This document shows, piece after piece, positions 25,001 to 40,190 of a stretch of 64,000 bases of DNA. Location of the stretch: assembly GCA_965637545.1 (NCBI GenBank), contig OZ281496.1, forward strand, positions 24,118,001 to 24,182,000, given 5' to 3'. The notes beneath the pieces are model-generated. The model searched no databases. It was not told the origin of the DNA and was given only the letters and a program-made list of their open reading frames with translations. Position numbers and translations under genes: made by a program. The DNA comes from Phallusia mammillata. Taxonomy: Eukaryota. How positions within the stretch are numbered: the first letter of the stretch is position 1; each line of letters opens with the position of its first letter.

Positions 25001-28000
25001 TAAAGTTAGCAATAAGAAATGCGAAACTCAATAGTTCGACCGATTGCTCTAAATGTAGCTATGATTTATTATTCAAATTATTGTGCATTGCAAGGAGGGT
25101 GTGATTTAATGGAAAGTGTAGTTTGAAACAGTGACGATAATTTATTACGGGTAGTCGTAAACGTTAATTGCCAAACCCAAAGCAGTTTGCATTGTGACAA
25201 GGTAAAAATTGCGTTTTGTAAAGATTTACGAAGCGCAGTTTACACAGTAGAGATTTTTTTGGTCAAAAATAGATTAAGAAAAATTTAGATCGATTAAAAC
25301 TGAAACAATTCTGTTTTTAAAACCATGTCCAACAATTGATGGCGTTACTTAAGATTTTTTTTAGCAGCATATGTTATTCACGCTCACCTATTTGCGGTTA
25401 CCGCAGCAAAGTAGCACAGTGTGACTTCGTCGAAAGCATAGAAGTCTCCTCCTTCTTATCAATAATTTACGTTGAAGTATGAGATGATGTCCGGACGTTG
25501 TGGATTACAATGCGTTGGTTTCATGGGAGGTCGGTGTACGAAACCTGCGGTGAGATAAAGCGTGCAAATTAATTTTTTTCAGACATTTTTTCGGTGGTTG
25601 CAACATTAAAATTTGACGGGACTATATCGTTTTCTGCAGTAGTGTAAACAAACCATGGTATTTTGATACATAATGTAGATATTGATTGCAGTCTATAAAC
25701 TACAAGCCATCAATCGCATTATAATGTGACGTGTTGTTACAAAGCACGTTGCACATAAAACCGAGCCATATGCGACTAAACTTAGTTTAAGACACATTTT
25801 CAACCATTGTTGCATTGATCGAAAACAGTTTTAACGGCCAACTTAATTTGGCGAAATTTTAAACAACCCAGGCTCAAATGTATTCAGGTTATTTCGTAAG
25901 GCATTGGCCGCTAAGCTGGTTGCTTTAAACTTCAACAAAGTTTATCGTTTCATCTTATTTACTGCGTCAGTTGGGCGGTCTATGCCGTCAGCAAGTCACA
26001 ATGTTTTTCTCGGAAGCCTTACTACAGAGTTGATAGCCTGTTGACTTGACAAGTTTAAAAGTTAGCGAGTCGCCTCGGGGACCAAACCGCTTGTTGAGAA
26101 AAGCGCAGTTCGTTGGCAACAACTTCTCGCCTATTGGCTCAGTGCCAAACGTAGTGCAGCCATTGCACAGTCAGCAAGAGTAAGTTTTTGAATCAGGTTT
26201 TTGCTTGTCTTAAGAGAAATGTAAGAAAAGATAGAGAACTTGTTTCGTTTTGTGACCAAGTAAAAATTATGGCTACATTGCCGATATCGGTGATATGATA
26301 AAGTATAATTGCAGATTTGTATAGTTGATGTGTAGTTGCAGACTTGTGATGCTGAATGTACAATGTGTGCTAAAAATAGCAAATTGGTATTGCTGCCGCA
26401 TATGGAAATGATACCGTATCGTACTGGTACGATATATTTTCATATCGCTCCCAGGTTATTATGCGATAACAGAAAGTTATTTGAAAGTAATTTCAGGCAA
26501 TGTTTGACAGGCAATGCTTTCAGAGTTGACTTACACAAAAGCAATTGCTTTGAGTCTTTATGCCATTAACAATACGCAAGGTGTGCTGTGGTTAATAAAC
26601 TACTCTTGGTGGGTAGAAATAATGGTAATTTACGTTCTGTTTAGCATTCAGTTAAAGCTAGTAAAGAATACCACAGGTGTGTAGCATAACTATATGGAAA
26701 CAAAACGCAAATTTTGATCCTAATTTCGCTACTTTTAATGGCATCGTGCGAACAAAAGGTGTGTCAAAGAAAAGGTTGCAAACATTATGACAAGGGAAGG
26801 TCTCATTATGCCTGACCTAGAGCTAAATTAGTGGGGCGTATGTTCATTAGCTAGGTACAGGTGCTAATCAATCGAGGCGACAAATCCAGAATCGATTTTG
26901 AACTCAGTTTGAATCGGCGAGATTTTGAATTGATGGAATCGATATGGCATCGATTGACACATGTACAATTGCTTGCGGAAAGGTTTGGGCTAAGCTTTAG
27001 CTTTGCAATGGTACCTTGTGCAAATCCTACAGTGTTATAAGGCTTCACTGTAGCCTTTGAAGTGTGATGGTGTGGATTTACGAAATGGTTTCGGGACTGT
27101 GTTTTTCTGAGTTGAAATATAGGCCTGTTGATGTTGAAAGGGATTTTAGTAGCGTACATTTTAAACATATACAATGCTTGCAACGAGTTAACTTCTTGTT
27201 TTCCCAACAATAATGTAAATATAATGACAGGGCCATATAAATAAAGTACCCGTTGCCGCTTGAAAGCCTATGTGTTCATTGAATGCCGAGTTTGTTTTTG
27301 TTAGATTGTTTTTGTTTTATTTTTGCGTTTTATTTTTCATCAGTTAAATTTCAACAATTTGTTTTTATGTCCATGCTTTTCATTTTAGTGCAATGCAGCA
27401 ACAACAGACTTGTGTTGCTTAAGTGCGAAGTTGTTTCTTACAACTCGTGTCAATTGTTGGCATATAGCGAAAAGGTGGCAACTAGCACTGGGCGTTGTAA
27501 ACAACGATCCCGTGTCCACGTAGTGTTTTGCAAACGAGTGGAGAAGATTTATGACCGAACGATAACAAATGCAACTATCTATTGTTGGCGTAGAGTTGAG
27601 AAAAGGGGCGTCTTCCAATTTCGCAGAATCACTAAAAGATTTTCTCACATTATTTTTCAAATCATGTTTGCTTCAACGTGTGTGTGGTAAAAAATTGGAC
27701 AGCGAACAATTAGGACCAGGCCTGTTGGCACCAGTAGGTCGGCTGCTGGCTTGGATTAATATGTTTAGCGTTGGACGTGTTTAGGCATTCCTTTGCGGCT
27801 TATATGAGATGATTTGGCCTTAGTAGTGTCGTCGTAAGGTGAAGACAATAACTCGGTCTGTGACATATCACGAAATTCGAATTTGCCTAATATCGTCGCT
27901 TTAACCTTAAACTTTGTCCAATTTATATTTGGGAGGTTGTTAATTTTGTTTTGTCGCGTGGAATGGTATTAATTTAGAGTGTAAACGTGCAATTAACTAG

Positions 28001-31000
28001 TTGTCTGGTCAATGTAGTCGATCGAAGCTATTTGTTTGGCAAATCAATTCAGAAGAGCAAATTAAACAAGTTTGGTACATAGAGATATGTCTTACTGTTA
28101 AAGAGATATATGTCATACCGCAAATGGATCGCATTTTATCTCGAATATTACCAAAACTGCCAGAGAGCTTATCTATTGTGAATATACCTCAGTACTCGTC
28201 GCAAGTTCCGTGGTCGTTTTGCTTTTCAACAAACTGCTTTGAAAACTTTGTAAATGCTCCAAATTTAAGTTTGTTTTAATAGCATTCTTAAGTGTTGAAA
28301 AGATAACCCATCTTCAAAACGCTGTAAAGCTTTGCGTTTTTTGCCTTTTTTTTGTAGTTGTATAAACTCTGTACCAAGCCAGATCTCATGTGGTTTTCAC
28401 CTGCTGTCAAAACATGCCTACCGCACGCGTTTGGACTTGTCCGCTTCGTATTTAGCAAGCGCATTGTGCCACTTAATCCAATACAAAGCGCATAAACGTG
28501 ACTCTGTGTGCACGTTGCAATGTATGCTAGTGCGATATTGGCCAAGTTTAATAGGATTCAGCTGCGTTTGGTTTTATTCTGGCTGCACCGGCCCTATTTT
28601 GAACTTACAAGGCCGATGTAAGACGATTTAAATCTAAGTTCCTGCCCGCTTTAACCCAGCACTCCCCAGGCTGTGGTTTCTTTTAACAGTTTGGGATTTT
28701 GGATTAAGGTTGGGTATGAGCGCACGTGACGTCACATGAGTATGGATTTACGTTTGTTGTTGTTTTTTTGGAGATGTGTTGTGGATTGAAGATGACTTGC
28801 AAAAAATAATTTCTGAAACCTATTTTTGTTGTCTTTTTTATTGGTGTTTTTTTTGCAATACCTAAAATACCAATTAAATTTGTTCTATATTTTCAGTAAG
28901 GCAGAGCTTTAATGTTTGTCTGAAACCACTCATTGTAATTTGTAAGAAAACCCATAGCGTTTTCCAAATAACTCTTTGTTATTGATCATGTATTTCAGTG
29001 TCCGGTGTTTTTGGTCACGTAGATATAACACATTCCAAAAAAGCTAGTCACATGAGCAACCAAGCACAAAAATCGCCTATCGAAAGATCAGGGCATTATC
29101 GGCGTCAATTGGTTATAAGTCAGATCCTATAAATTACCCCTAAAGTCTGGTGCGTGACTTTAGAAGTGCGGTGACGTTGATTCCGACGTTCTGTCTCCTC
29201 GTCACGCGCACAGGAATTGTAAAACTGCCGGAAAGATTTTTATCTCGATCGCGTTCACAACATTCCACAGCAAAATGAAAGTAGCGGATCGAGTGAAAAA
29301 CGCCGCCGTTTGTTAATTATGCACAACAGACCGCTGCGGGGCGTCTTTCTCTCCCGGTCGAGCGGATCTCAGATTCGGGCCAGCGCAGTTAAAGTATGCG
29401 CGATTGTAAGTAAGAGCGAGCCATCAGCCAGCCACATGGTAACCGTATTCGGTCGTTGCTGCTCGGCGTTTTTTGGATTTATAAAAAGTGATTTGTAAGA
29501 GATGATTGATGAACTTGGATATACTCGAAAGTTGAACTGGAGGTAGATGGAAAAAAGATGTGTTTTGTTAGAGAAGCAGATGTTTTGTTTTATTAGAGTG
29601 CACAGTGCAGAGCTAAAACTACATAGGCATGCGAGATTGACCTTGTGGATGTGCTACATTTGTTGTAGGACAGAATTACATTTGTTGATGTTTTTTTGTC
29701 TGTTGTTCTTGTTTTGGTAACGGTTTCATAACGATGGAAAGTTAACTATATTAAAAACTCAGTGTGCGTTGAATACAAGTCGACCGCGTCTTGTTTTTGC
29801 TTTAAATCGAAATAAAGTACCAAATTTTTCTTTGCGGTTTGATAACAGCCTATTTTGGGGCATTCTATTATGAAATACTTGCTATCAGTAAAGCAGTGGA
29901 ACCGGTTTTGATTCGCTTTTAGCACATGCGAAAATCACCCTCAACCAAAAGTATCGCGATAGTCATACTTTGAGTCAGTTTTCCAGATTAGCTAAAAATA
30001 TTTCCCAGAGCCTCGTGGTCAGCCGACGGAACGCCCAGTCAGTATTTTCGGATCGCGATTGCGCAAGGCCGCCGACACATTTCGCTTGACTTCACTCGTT
30101 GGCGATACAAGCCACGACTTTGAAGTATCGATGGTTTACGCCGTAGCGGACTTATGAAAACACTCCGACTGGAGGCAGGCATTTTAATTGGCGGCTTGTG
30201 GGATCTCACTATGGCAAGTTGGCAACCCACATCCATGACGACAATGCTATAGCAGTTCATACACGGCAATGAGAACAGGCTTAATTAGCCGCAGCAATGT
30301 TGCGTTTTAGGAACATGGTATTACGCCAACGTGTAAAGATCGGAAACCCAGTTTTCACAAACTCGGCCGTCGAATATGTCAAGTGGTGCACGGAGCTTAA
30401 TGACGGGTCATGTGGACTTCAAGAGGCTACGAGTCGAATCTACATGGCCTAGGTAGCATCCTATTGCGTGCAACCATTGTTGCTTTGCGAGGAAGTGTGT
30501 TGAGTGGCCGCGTGTCCGACTTTGTGTAGTCTTTTGTGTCTTCTTGTCATTCAACCTCTGTCACCTGTCGTGACCCGTGTGGTTTCGCCCGATAATGTCC
30601 ACCCTTGGCCGGTTGTGTACGCCGAGACTGACTGACTTGCGGACAACGGTGCTTGAAATAAATAGCGGTATACGTGTGCGGATTGTGTGTTGTTAAATAT
30701 GGATTAATTGTTACTGGGCGGTTTTCATGGGCCTTGCTTGCTTTCCAATATAAACCTCACGCAAAAAATGTTAGCAGTGCCCGTAAATAGACAGTGTCCG
30801 AACGCGTAATTGAGGACTGACCAAATGTGATTAAGACATGGAAAATTAGTCACATTAGCCAAACACATCTGATATTCCTGATATTGGTTATTGCCACAAA
30901 ATATTACGTAACATAGGTTTCATTTAAATATCATAAGTTCCCCAGGCAATAGCGGCACCCGGTGCGCAAAATGCCTAAATTTAACCCCAAGGCAACCTGT

Positions 31001-33399
31001 CCCTGACGCACAAACTCCACGTAGACGCGTACCGTGCTTATGACGTCATAAATCTTTAGCAGGTGACCGTTAATGAAAAGCCCTTTGTATCGGATTGCAA
31101 ATCCTGATGAGGGTGTATTATACCGGACGGGCAAGTAAACTAATGCGATTAATTTCGGGCTTGAACTATGTACATTTTGTGTTTTCCGCTTGTAAGGAAG
31201 GGCATGTGTAGTTTTGTAGACATACCAGTATATTCTGGGCGGTCTGCGTCGCGGAGATCCGGAGTTTATTTTTGATTACAAAAACTGTCGGATTATGGTT
31301 GATTGATCACTTAGCTGCTGGCCCGCGTATTGCCAGCAAAACAATGGATAAAAATGAAACGAATTTTGTCTGTGCATTATCTTGGCCCTGTCTGCTGTGT
31401 AAGCGAAGGAATGTATTAGAAGCTATGTTTAACAGTTGTGTAATGAAACGATACAAATCTTTCTCTACTTGATGTTGGCATTGTGTTATGTTGAAATTAC
31501 TTGGAGTGTTGAACGACGAAGGAGTGTTTCTTCTGTCCAAAATCGTTGGACTTTTAGCAAGAGTGCAAAGATGTTTTTGTCTGTTTTATTTGCAAAATCA
31601 TGTTTTAGTTTACCATGGAGATGTTTTGCTGCCTCTGTAAGAAAATATGTCAACGAAGGTTCATGTCCTTGACAATAATTGCTCATACCAAAGTTAACAA
31701 CTTAATTTTGTGGCTTGTTTAAAAGTCGTTAAACTCGGTCTCTGTGTCCCAATCAGACGCATAAAACCACAACGTTGATTGCTGAAGTTTACGGGTTCGC
31801 GCTTCGTATTTTATCGCCCTTTTGGATTTACTCCCCGCGGCGATAGAAGCCGTCGCTTTTCGCGCTCCACTTCTCTGTGTCACGAAAGTGTACTCGACAC
31901 CATTTCAAGTCGCACTAACTTTAAAACGCTTTTCTGCCAAATGTAAACCAAACTCTCCCCTTTTAACAAACACCGGTCGAATAAACAGGGAATTAGATTC
32001 TATTTGAATAAGAAAATACCCGAGTATGGGATTTGTTTTTGAAACAGGAACATACAAACAAATTGTTATGTATGGTTTTTCCTTTCGAATAAAACGTTGG
32101 CTATCTAAACTATAATAATCAAAACGGGAAGTTTACATTCTATTTGAATAAGGATCTAACGGTCCAGATGGCATTGGCTGTGGTGGTGTTGAAATACAAA
32201 CAATATTGTCTTTTCAGTAAACAGCACACACAAGGCCGCTATCGATGTTTATGTGGGCGCAGCTGCGTTATATGTTAGTTGGACATTCCATTCGTGTCGA
32301 GATTGTAATCTTGGACGTCAAATAAATTCTTGCTTCGTTCCGCACTGTAGCAGTTGCACTAGCTTCCGCAAAGATAAGAAAGCGATATAAAGCCATTGCC
32401 TGGAATATTAATCACTTCAGATAATACCAAAAAATCCGCAGAGTTTTGACCTTATGTCAACATCTATTGGTAGCAGATAAAACGATTACATATATAGCCC
32501 GGGGTGGTATTGTTGTTTGCAAAACCGTATAAAGCGTTTCATGGAATAAGCTCCTTTGTGTGGACGGAGGTATTTCCTCTGTTAGCGCCGCGATTTTTGG
32601 CTTTTGAAACGCGCCTGACCGAACACTTCATGAAGATTAAGGAACTCTGCACAATGGGAAAAGGTGCTGGAGAGGGTGAATTGTTTGCCGGTGGAATTTG
32701 GAACGATTTCGGAATGTCAGCTGTTTAGTTGCTGGCATCTCGAATGTTCCTAAGCACCAAATTGAATTATGCTTCATACACAAGGCGAGAGAGACTTGTA
32801 CGTGTTGTTACGTGAAATCCGTTAAAGTGAATTTTGGAATCTGAAAACAACACATGCATAGGTTCAGTAATCGTGGTTCATCAGTTCAATTTTGCTGTCT
32901 TTGTCCTTCTAAACCGCCCGATCACTTGTGTCTACCAGCAGGGGTTTGGTTTTATGACTACCGGGACAACCGGCGAACTACAGTAAAACCCGGTCGTGAA
33001 AAGCGAATTGCCTTTATTGAAAGTTTTGTTGCTTATCTGTTCATATGCCAGAAAGGTTTTTTATTTCACTCTTCACGACATAAACATACCAAGTCCCTAA
33101 AGTGCCAACTCGCCAGGGACTTTTATAATGTTATAGCAAAGCGCTCCATTGGTAGTTTTTTCACAAACTGACACCACCTGAATGAAAACAGTTCCCAATA
33201 GGGCCAACGCGTTAGCTACAAAGTATGCGGTCAGTCAACCTATAAGTTCTTTCATTCCAGTGGGATCACATGCCATTCAAGCAAAGTTTCACATCCCCAG
33301 GGGGTTTTACACCCTTTCGCGGTAGATCAGTGTAAACCACGGCAAAATTTAAAGTGACACATGTACTTTTAATAGTTTGGTTACGGCGATGTAATAGGA

Positions 33400-33634
33400 C
33401 AGTGGTCGGCAACCGCCGGTCCGCGGTCCGGTACCGGTCCGCGAGGAGTTCGTTACCGGGCCGTACAAATTTTCAGGTTAAATGCTATAAAATATTTTGC
33501 CCGTATATCCCGGGATTGATAAACTAATTTATGCGTTTTTATTGCTGAATATTTGTAGTTTTTTGAAGTCCGGTCCGCGATAAAATTTTAGGTTCAAAAA
33601 CGGTCCGCCGTGCAAAAAAGGTTGCCGACCCCTG
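33400..33634. mobile_element. hAT-type MITE (235 bp)
   Basis: TIRs CAGTGGTCGGCAACC / CAGGGGTCGGCAACC (14/15); 8-bp TSD TAATAGGA at 33392-33399 and 33635-33642; CGGTCCG subterminal repeats. Confidence 0.92.
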
Positions 33635-36600
33635 TAATAGGAGATTAAAAACAGATATTTTCAGCTAGCTACAAAATATAACGATAATTGTGTGTTGCGC
33701 TAGGGTTAACTTGTGCTGTGGCATTGAAACGAATTATAAAATATGCTAATGTCGGCTTAAATATTTGTTTGCTCAAAAGGTTTTTTGTGTATCAAGCCAT
33801 TTCAACCAGAAGTACTAATCAGATAATGGTAAATCGTTGTCGCTTCTCGCTACAAAAGTAAAATATCGATTGTGTCAAAAAATTATAAAAATATAGAGCT
33901 AAAATAAGTAAAATCAGACTTCTTATATGAGCATGCTCCTAAAGTAATACAAAGGCATAGGGAGTTGCGTTGTGTAAAATGACCTTTCATATGTTTGTGT
34001 GACCTTCCGGAAAGCAAACACACTTTGGGAGCATGTGAATGTTATCAAAATCGCCTAAAAGTCAATTCTCCGTCCTAGAACCCAAACCTACCCACAGAGC
34101 AGTGAATAGACTTCTTTGATCAGTAGATGAAGTTTTTAAACTTACGTCGCTTTTTTCCCCAATGTGTAGAACAAACATTACGTCAGTGAGCACGTTTTCT
34201 TTCTGTCGAGACCGTATTTTAATGGGTAAATGTTTAACTAGACGAATGGAGGTGTGCTGTTTGAATCAGTCTGACTTTAGGGCTTTAAGGCACGTTGCGC
34301 CTAGTTAGATTGAGAAACAGATGTTCCGTTTGACAGGTGAAAGATAAGTCGAAATCGGTTTATGCGTTCAGTTAAGTATTGAAGTTTTAGAAGTTAACAT
34401 GGTTCAAAGTACCAAGCTTTATGTGCTTACAGCACCGTGTTATGTAGGTGTATTGGCTTTGGCTAGGTTTCATTTAGCATGTAGATTTATGAGTAATGAT
34501 TGGCTTTTGCATTCAAATACACTTGGTGATTATTTGCTATATTAAAGCTCATGTTACTTACTAAATTTAGGAGTTAGGCCCCTGCACGTTTTGATACCGC
34601 ACCTTGATTCTTTAAACCACATTTTTTAATTAAGTTCAGGTGTGTGGTAAATTTATTAAATATTCAGTAAATAGTAGGAAGGTAATTCCATTTTTTTAGG
34701 CGTTGATAAACCAACAACCCAACCAAGAACTATAGTGGTTAAGCATAAAATTTATACACTCACTGAAAGGTCAACCGCTTGACGTCAAGCAAATCAAAGA
34801 GTCCATTCATAAAGTCACTTCTGCCCTACGCCCACTACGTGTCATTAGCCTCAAACCGGCAACATACGACTAATATGTTTTCAGTATCATCCCTGTTCAT
34901 GAGATACGGCTCTGCTACTCCGTATAGCACGGAAGCAAAGTGTGTCGAACTACTACGCCCAACAGGTTTGGAGAAACTGACATCGGGATATTAGCAGGTT
35001 CTATATCTAGGAATAACATTTGAGGTTACATCGTAGCCTTTTGTGTCACAAACCGTTGGGGATAGTTAGATAAAACACGTGTTCTCCGGTTTGGGTTAAG
35101 GCAAAAATGTTGACTTTATAGTTAGGGAACAGTAGGGGTTACATTTGAAATAGTAACGTTTGAAAAATCTACTCTGTTTGACGAAAAATGTATTTTGGAG
35201 AGATAGGCTTTCTGATTTTGAAAATATTGAACCAAATCAAAGGGGCAATTTCATTGTGATATGATTCATATTTAAATTTGCTGATCATCTGCATAAACAC
35301 CTAAAAATCATACCTTGACAAAACAACGTTCGAATCCCACCCAATTACGTAATTACGGCAGACGCGGCAGTGACCTAACTGACAATAACGCCATGCACCC
35401 CTGCGTGTTGATAGTGATGATAATCTGACAGGACGAGAAAATCTCACTCGCCTCGCATTTAACAAGTCATCTACAAAGCTGCACTTGTTGTAAGCCACGC
35501 TTCAAGCCGACAATTATTGTAGCCAGGCAGACTGCAGAATTGACTGTGACCTGAGGCCTTTTTTAGAATGCAGTGATGTAATCGATGTTTTGTCGTGGCT
35601 CGGATGTGGCGAAATGTGGTTATTTGTGGCATTTTCTTTCTCCTTTATTTACTCGACGCCTTATTAGTTGTGACGAATTGGCGGTGTTGAAACGACAAAT
35701 GAGTTAATTGTATTATCTTTGCATATAACTTACGGTCTTGGGTATAAAAATAACTTTCGTTCGCAAAGAAAAAAAACAACTTTGAAGGACTTTTCACAGT
35801 AAATTTGACCTAAGTCGGAGATAAATATAGGAAATCTATATTTTGCATGTAACAAAAGTTGTATATAGGTTTCGTTTCTGGTTTTGGATCATTTCGAAAG
35901 GATTTGAAAAAACGGATTAGATTTTAGGGAACTGTAGCTAAAGGCTTCATTATTTGCAGGTTGAATTATCATAGAGCTTTCGGTTCTTGGTAGTGCCATG
36001 AGCAATGTAATCTGAACTTTATGTGTTTTCCAATAAGAACCGATCGCGCTTTCGATGAAATACAACGAACCCTCATTAGTGGAAACGCGAAAGCTTAATC
36101 GCATTTGATCATGTTACGCTCTGGCGGTAAGCCCCAGTGAGTAGATGTCGTATCACCACAGGGCACGACGTAATCTGGATGGCGCAAGAAAACTGAACAA
36201 CAAAAGAGTCGTCCGGGGTTAAGCTAGAGCCGAGCCTATTGTGTTCCCGGAGCCATACGTAATGAACTTAAAGCGTACTGCTGGAGCTCGGCTTAGCCCT
36301 GGTGCAATAAAAGATTGGATAGCGTTGCTCTGTTTTCAGCTGCTCTTTCGGTTCGTGTAAGCGGACTTAACGTGGTCGTGCCGTGTGCTCGAAAATGCTT
36401 GAGTGAGGGTTGATGAGCTCTTGCTTTTTTCGCTAAACGCAAATGACGATACTTGTGTATCTGCGATTTGTTTATCACGAACATAGGGTTTTCGCGCATT
36501 GTATGTAAACGTTGATGGCTGTTCTTTGTTGTGTTTCAATGCTAGTGTTTCAGTATTGATAGTATCTTGTATCCTGAGGTGTTTGTGGATTTTTAGCCAT

Positions 36601-39600
36601 ACTGCTACAAGCACAAACCATGGAATATATACAAAGGGCTAAAGAGGCACTTTGATATCAATTATCGCGTTATAGGCTTAATTTAGAAATCTACAACAAC
36701 TTTCAAAACCATGAGTTGTCTCGCCACACCAATCAAGAAGGCAATTAGTGTTAACAAATTAGTAGCAAGCATTTTGTTAGCTCTGTTTGTCGCTAATAAG
36801 GGATGAAATGCGATTTAAAGGAAAGCATCTTACCCCGGGGCGTTTTGATATGCGTCACTCGAGGTATTGGTGGCAGGTGAACATTTTATCAGCACTCGAT
36901 CTCAAGCCAGTTCAGTTGCAAACAAGTTGATTCAATAGTACCATACCTGCTGTGTGTGAAATACTTGTTCAAAATATGCGTGTGCTGAAGTTAATTGTTT
37001 GTTGGCATTTGTCGTGGCAGACACAGTGCAAAATATTTTTGTTATCAAAGACTATTAAAAAGTACAGTGCACATTGTTTCGATGTACAAGGTCTCACCAG
37101 TGCAGCTGGTGACGAGAGTTTGGCCGTATGAACTACTGTAGCCGCCTGTACCTTACGACACTTCAGCAGTTTGTTGGGAGTAACAGACTAAAAAGCCGTG
37201 CCTCACAAACCCTTTATGTATTGACTTGATACTTTTTAACCGTTTTGGAAAGCATATTAGCGTTCGCCTTAGTCATTTACCGTCAATAGTACCATAGAAA
37301 CAGAGTCATTTTTTCGCCGACTCATGCATGAAGTCGTATCGCCCACGCCGGGTGTATGATTCACCGTGTCTATGTATTGACGTATTATCCCGTAAGCGTA
37401 ACAATCCTTCATACAGAGTTACTTGATCGTCTCAGTCAGTGAATCAGAATTCGCGGGAATTTAGTTCACCATAAAACTCCGCATCATGTGGCCAGAAAAG
37501 ACTTGATTTAGGAAAAATGCCTTTAAACCAGTAGCTATGACAGCTTGAGGTAGCTTTATGAAAGTTTGACATGTTATAGTGCAGTGGCTTACATTTTGTT
37601 TTACGTGTATTTGAATGTTAAGCGTAAAACCTGTTTATTGTGTGTGAAATGTGCTGTTAAGCTGAGATATGTGGTGTTGGTTAAGAGCAGCGATTTCATT
37701 GGATTTAACATATCAAATGTATGTTCGTTCTGTAGTTGAAAAATTGCCCTGCTATGCCACTTTGCTTGGAGAAGAAGGTACCTATTAACATACCTGAAGA
37801 TCAGCGTTCAAATTTAATCTACATGCAAGTTGAGTTGTACAAGGATCATTTGTAATGAGTTTCAGCTTTGAAGTTAGGTTCGCAATATCCGAACAATTTG
37901 CAAAACATCGAGTATTTACATATTAACTCAAAAAAGGAACAGTGAGTAATGGCGAAAATTGCGCATACTTAGCAGATCTCCGCTTTTGGTGGCGTGAATC
38001 TCAGGTATTTTGTAAACATCCGAAAAACAGTGTAGCTTCAATTGTTATCGGGAAGAGGTTTAAACTCGACAATGTCGACATGTGTGGTCCCGTCGTGTGG
38101 CTGAACGGAATTTCGGTTTAAGTTTACGGTATCTCAATGTGGTTGAATAGTTCTACAAGCCAACCCTGACCTTCGCAGCTTTTCGACATAAAGTCAGGCC
38201 ATTTCTCGCAGCTGGTTAACGAAGGTAGTCGGGTGGCTTTTTTGTCTCATGAAAATGCCATTGAGCGTCACTTTTTCGCGTAAGGAACTGTACGACACGC
38301 AAGGCTACTTCTGGAAAGTTCGAATAGAATTTATAGACAGGGGTTTCTTTTGCTTGCGCAAGACTGAAAAAGCACTGAGGTAGAAACATTTTTTCTGCTT
38401 AGGGAATGCAGGGGCATTTTTTACCAGACTTAATCCCAAATTTCCCAGTGAAAGGTTCTGTAAACTTTACGTTAGAGAAAATGGTGAAGTCAACTTATAC
38501 ACTATCATTCAGTTGTGGTTAGAGCCCGAACATCCTGGTTGACAAGCATAAGGACGTGTTCAACAGGTATTAAACCCTGTGATGTTTCCTTACAATACGA
38601 GACAGCCCCATATCAGTATTTACTCAGCAACTAATTATCATCATGTACAGGCCAAACTGACGGATACGAGCAGATAAAAAGTTCCGGCAGTTGTGGCCTC
38701 AGTGGTACTGCTCCTTCGTGGATGTTTGTTCGTTCTCCTCCTACGCTTAGGTTAATGTATTATCGGTTGTGCGTGACTTCGACAATAAAGGGTCGATTTT
38801 ATGGCTTCGTTGCCCCCTTAGCCTAGTGTGTTAGCGTTTGCACTTGATATATGCAGAGATCATTGCTGTGCGCGAGGTTTACACAACGTGTTGACATTGG
38901 CTCGTGTGATTTATGATATACTTGTAGTGCTTGTACATGAAGCAATTGGGATGTAGACCAAAACCAGCCTCGATGATACATGATGGGCAAGAAAGGCTTT
39001 TTACTTTTCCAAAATTAGGTAGCAAAAGACAGAAAACTTCAGTAAGGCGAAAATCTGCAAACAAACATCAAACAGAACCGGGAGTGCGATGTTACTGTTA
39101 ATGAACGCGACTTGTGGTTTGTTTGCCTTGTGCTTGCGACATCTGAGTCTTTTTGCGCCATTGGCACCAAACTTGTCACCTTGTGTAGATTAGAGTAGGA
39201 CCAAAGTCAAACACTCGACTGCTGGAGCAGCTTCGTATCAGTTGACTGTGTTTGTGTTTGCCGATTGGGCTGTTTGCATTTACTAAAACAAGTGTTTTGC
39301 CGTCGCAGGGGAAAAAGTTTCTCAGGACGATAAGTAGAGTTTTATGTTAGTTGTGCATCACATTGCAAGTTAGATTAAAAGCAACATGCTGCAGTGCTTT
39401 ATGCATATTGAAGAGTTTTCTGTTGTGGCGATTTTTTAGTCAAGGTCGGTCGATCTTGGAGGATTCATCTTTAACGATTGGATAGTACATTAAAAGCAGC
39501 AAAGTTACTTATGATTAATTGCACAAGGCTCATGCCCTGTACAAGCCTTGCCTTGTGACCGTGCGAATCACAGAGCAATATTGTGCGTCATATAGGAAAT

Positions 39601-39779
39601 CGCAATTGAGAAATCAGGCCGCCTTTCTGCATTTAACGTCGTCAACGTAAAAACGCTTCCTATTTCGCCACAACACTCTCGGCTCGAGCCAAAGTAATTT
39701 ATTCGATCATCCTGCTTGAATTTCGCAAATTCTGCGTCACTTTTGGAGGCTTCCTGGCCACAGTTGAATCATGAACCGC

Positions 39780-39840
39780 GTCGCAGTGACGTCATAGACA
39801 CGTGTGCGCCAAGGACGTCCAAGGGCGCGGACCATCTCCA
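39780..39840 (+). promoter_or_regulatory. Putative TANC proximal promoter (CRE + E-box)
   Basis: TGACGTCA at 39787-39794 and ACACGTGT at 39798-39805, about 400 bp upstream of the ATG at 40191. Confidence 0.35.
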
Positions 39841-40190
39841 GAAAGGCTAATGGTTCAGTAATAACATGTAATCTGTGAGGTTAATGACAAATGTTTCGTC
39901 TGTCCGCAACGTTGATTGACATTGTTGAATTAGCTCAGGGCAAACATAAGTTCGGTTAAGGAAAATAATTTATACAGGTTAATATATTCTATTTCTAGCA
40001 TGCGTTTTGTTTAAACTTGAAGCATGATTAAGATTTACTGGCCATGTATTTAGTTGCCAGAAAAGAATGTCATTTAACCAATATCTTTATTGATTACAGA
40101 GCACAATTAAGATCTGTATAATGCGTGTCGTAACTTATTTCTGACTGCACGAACGATTTATCTGAAGGAATACGGTTTACAAAAGTCGTG

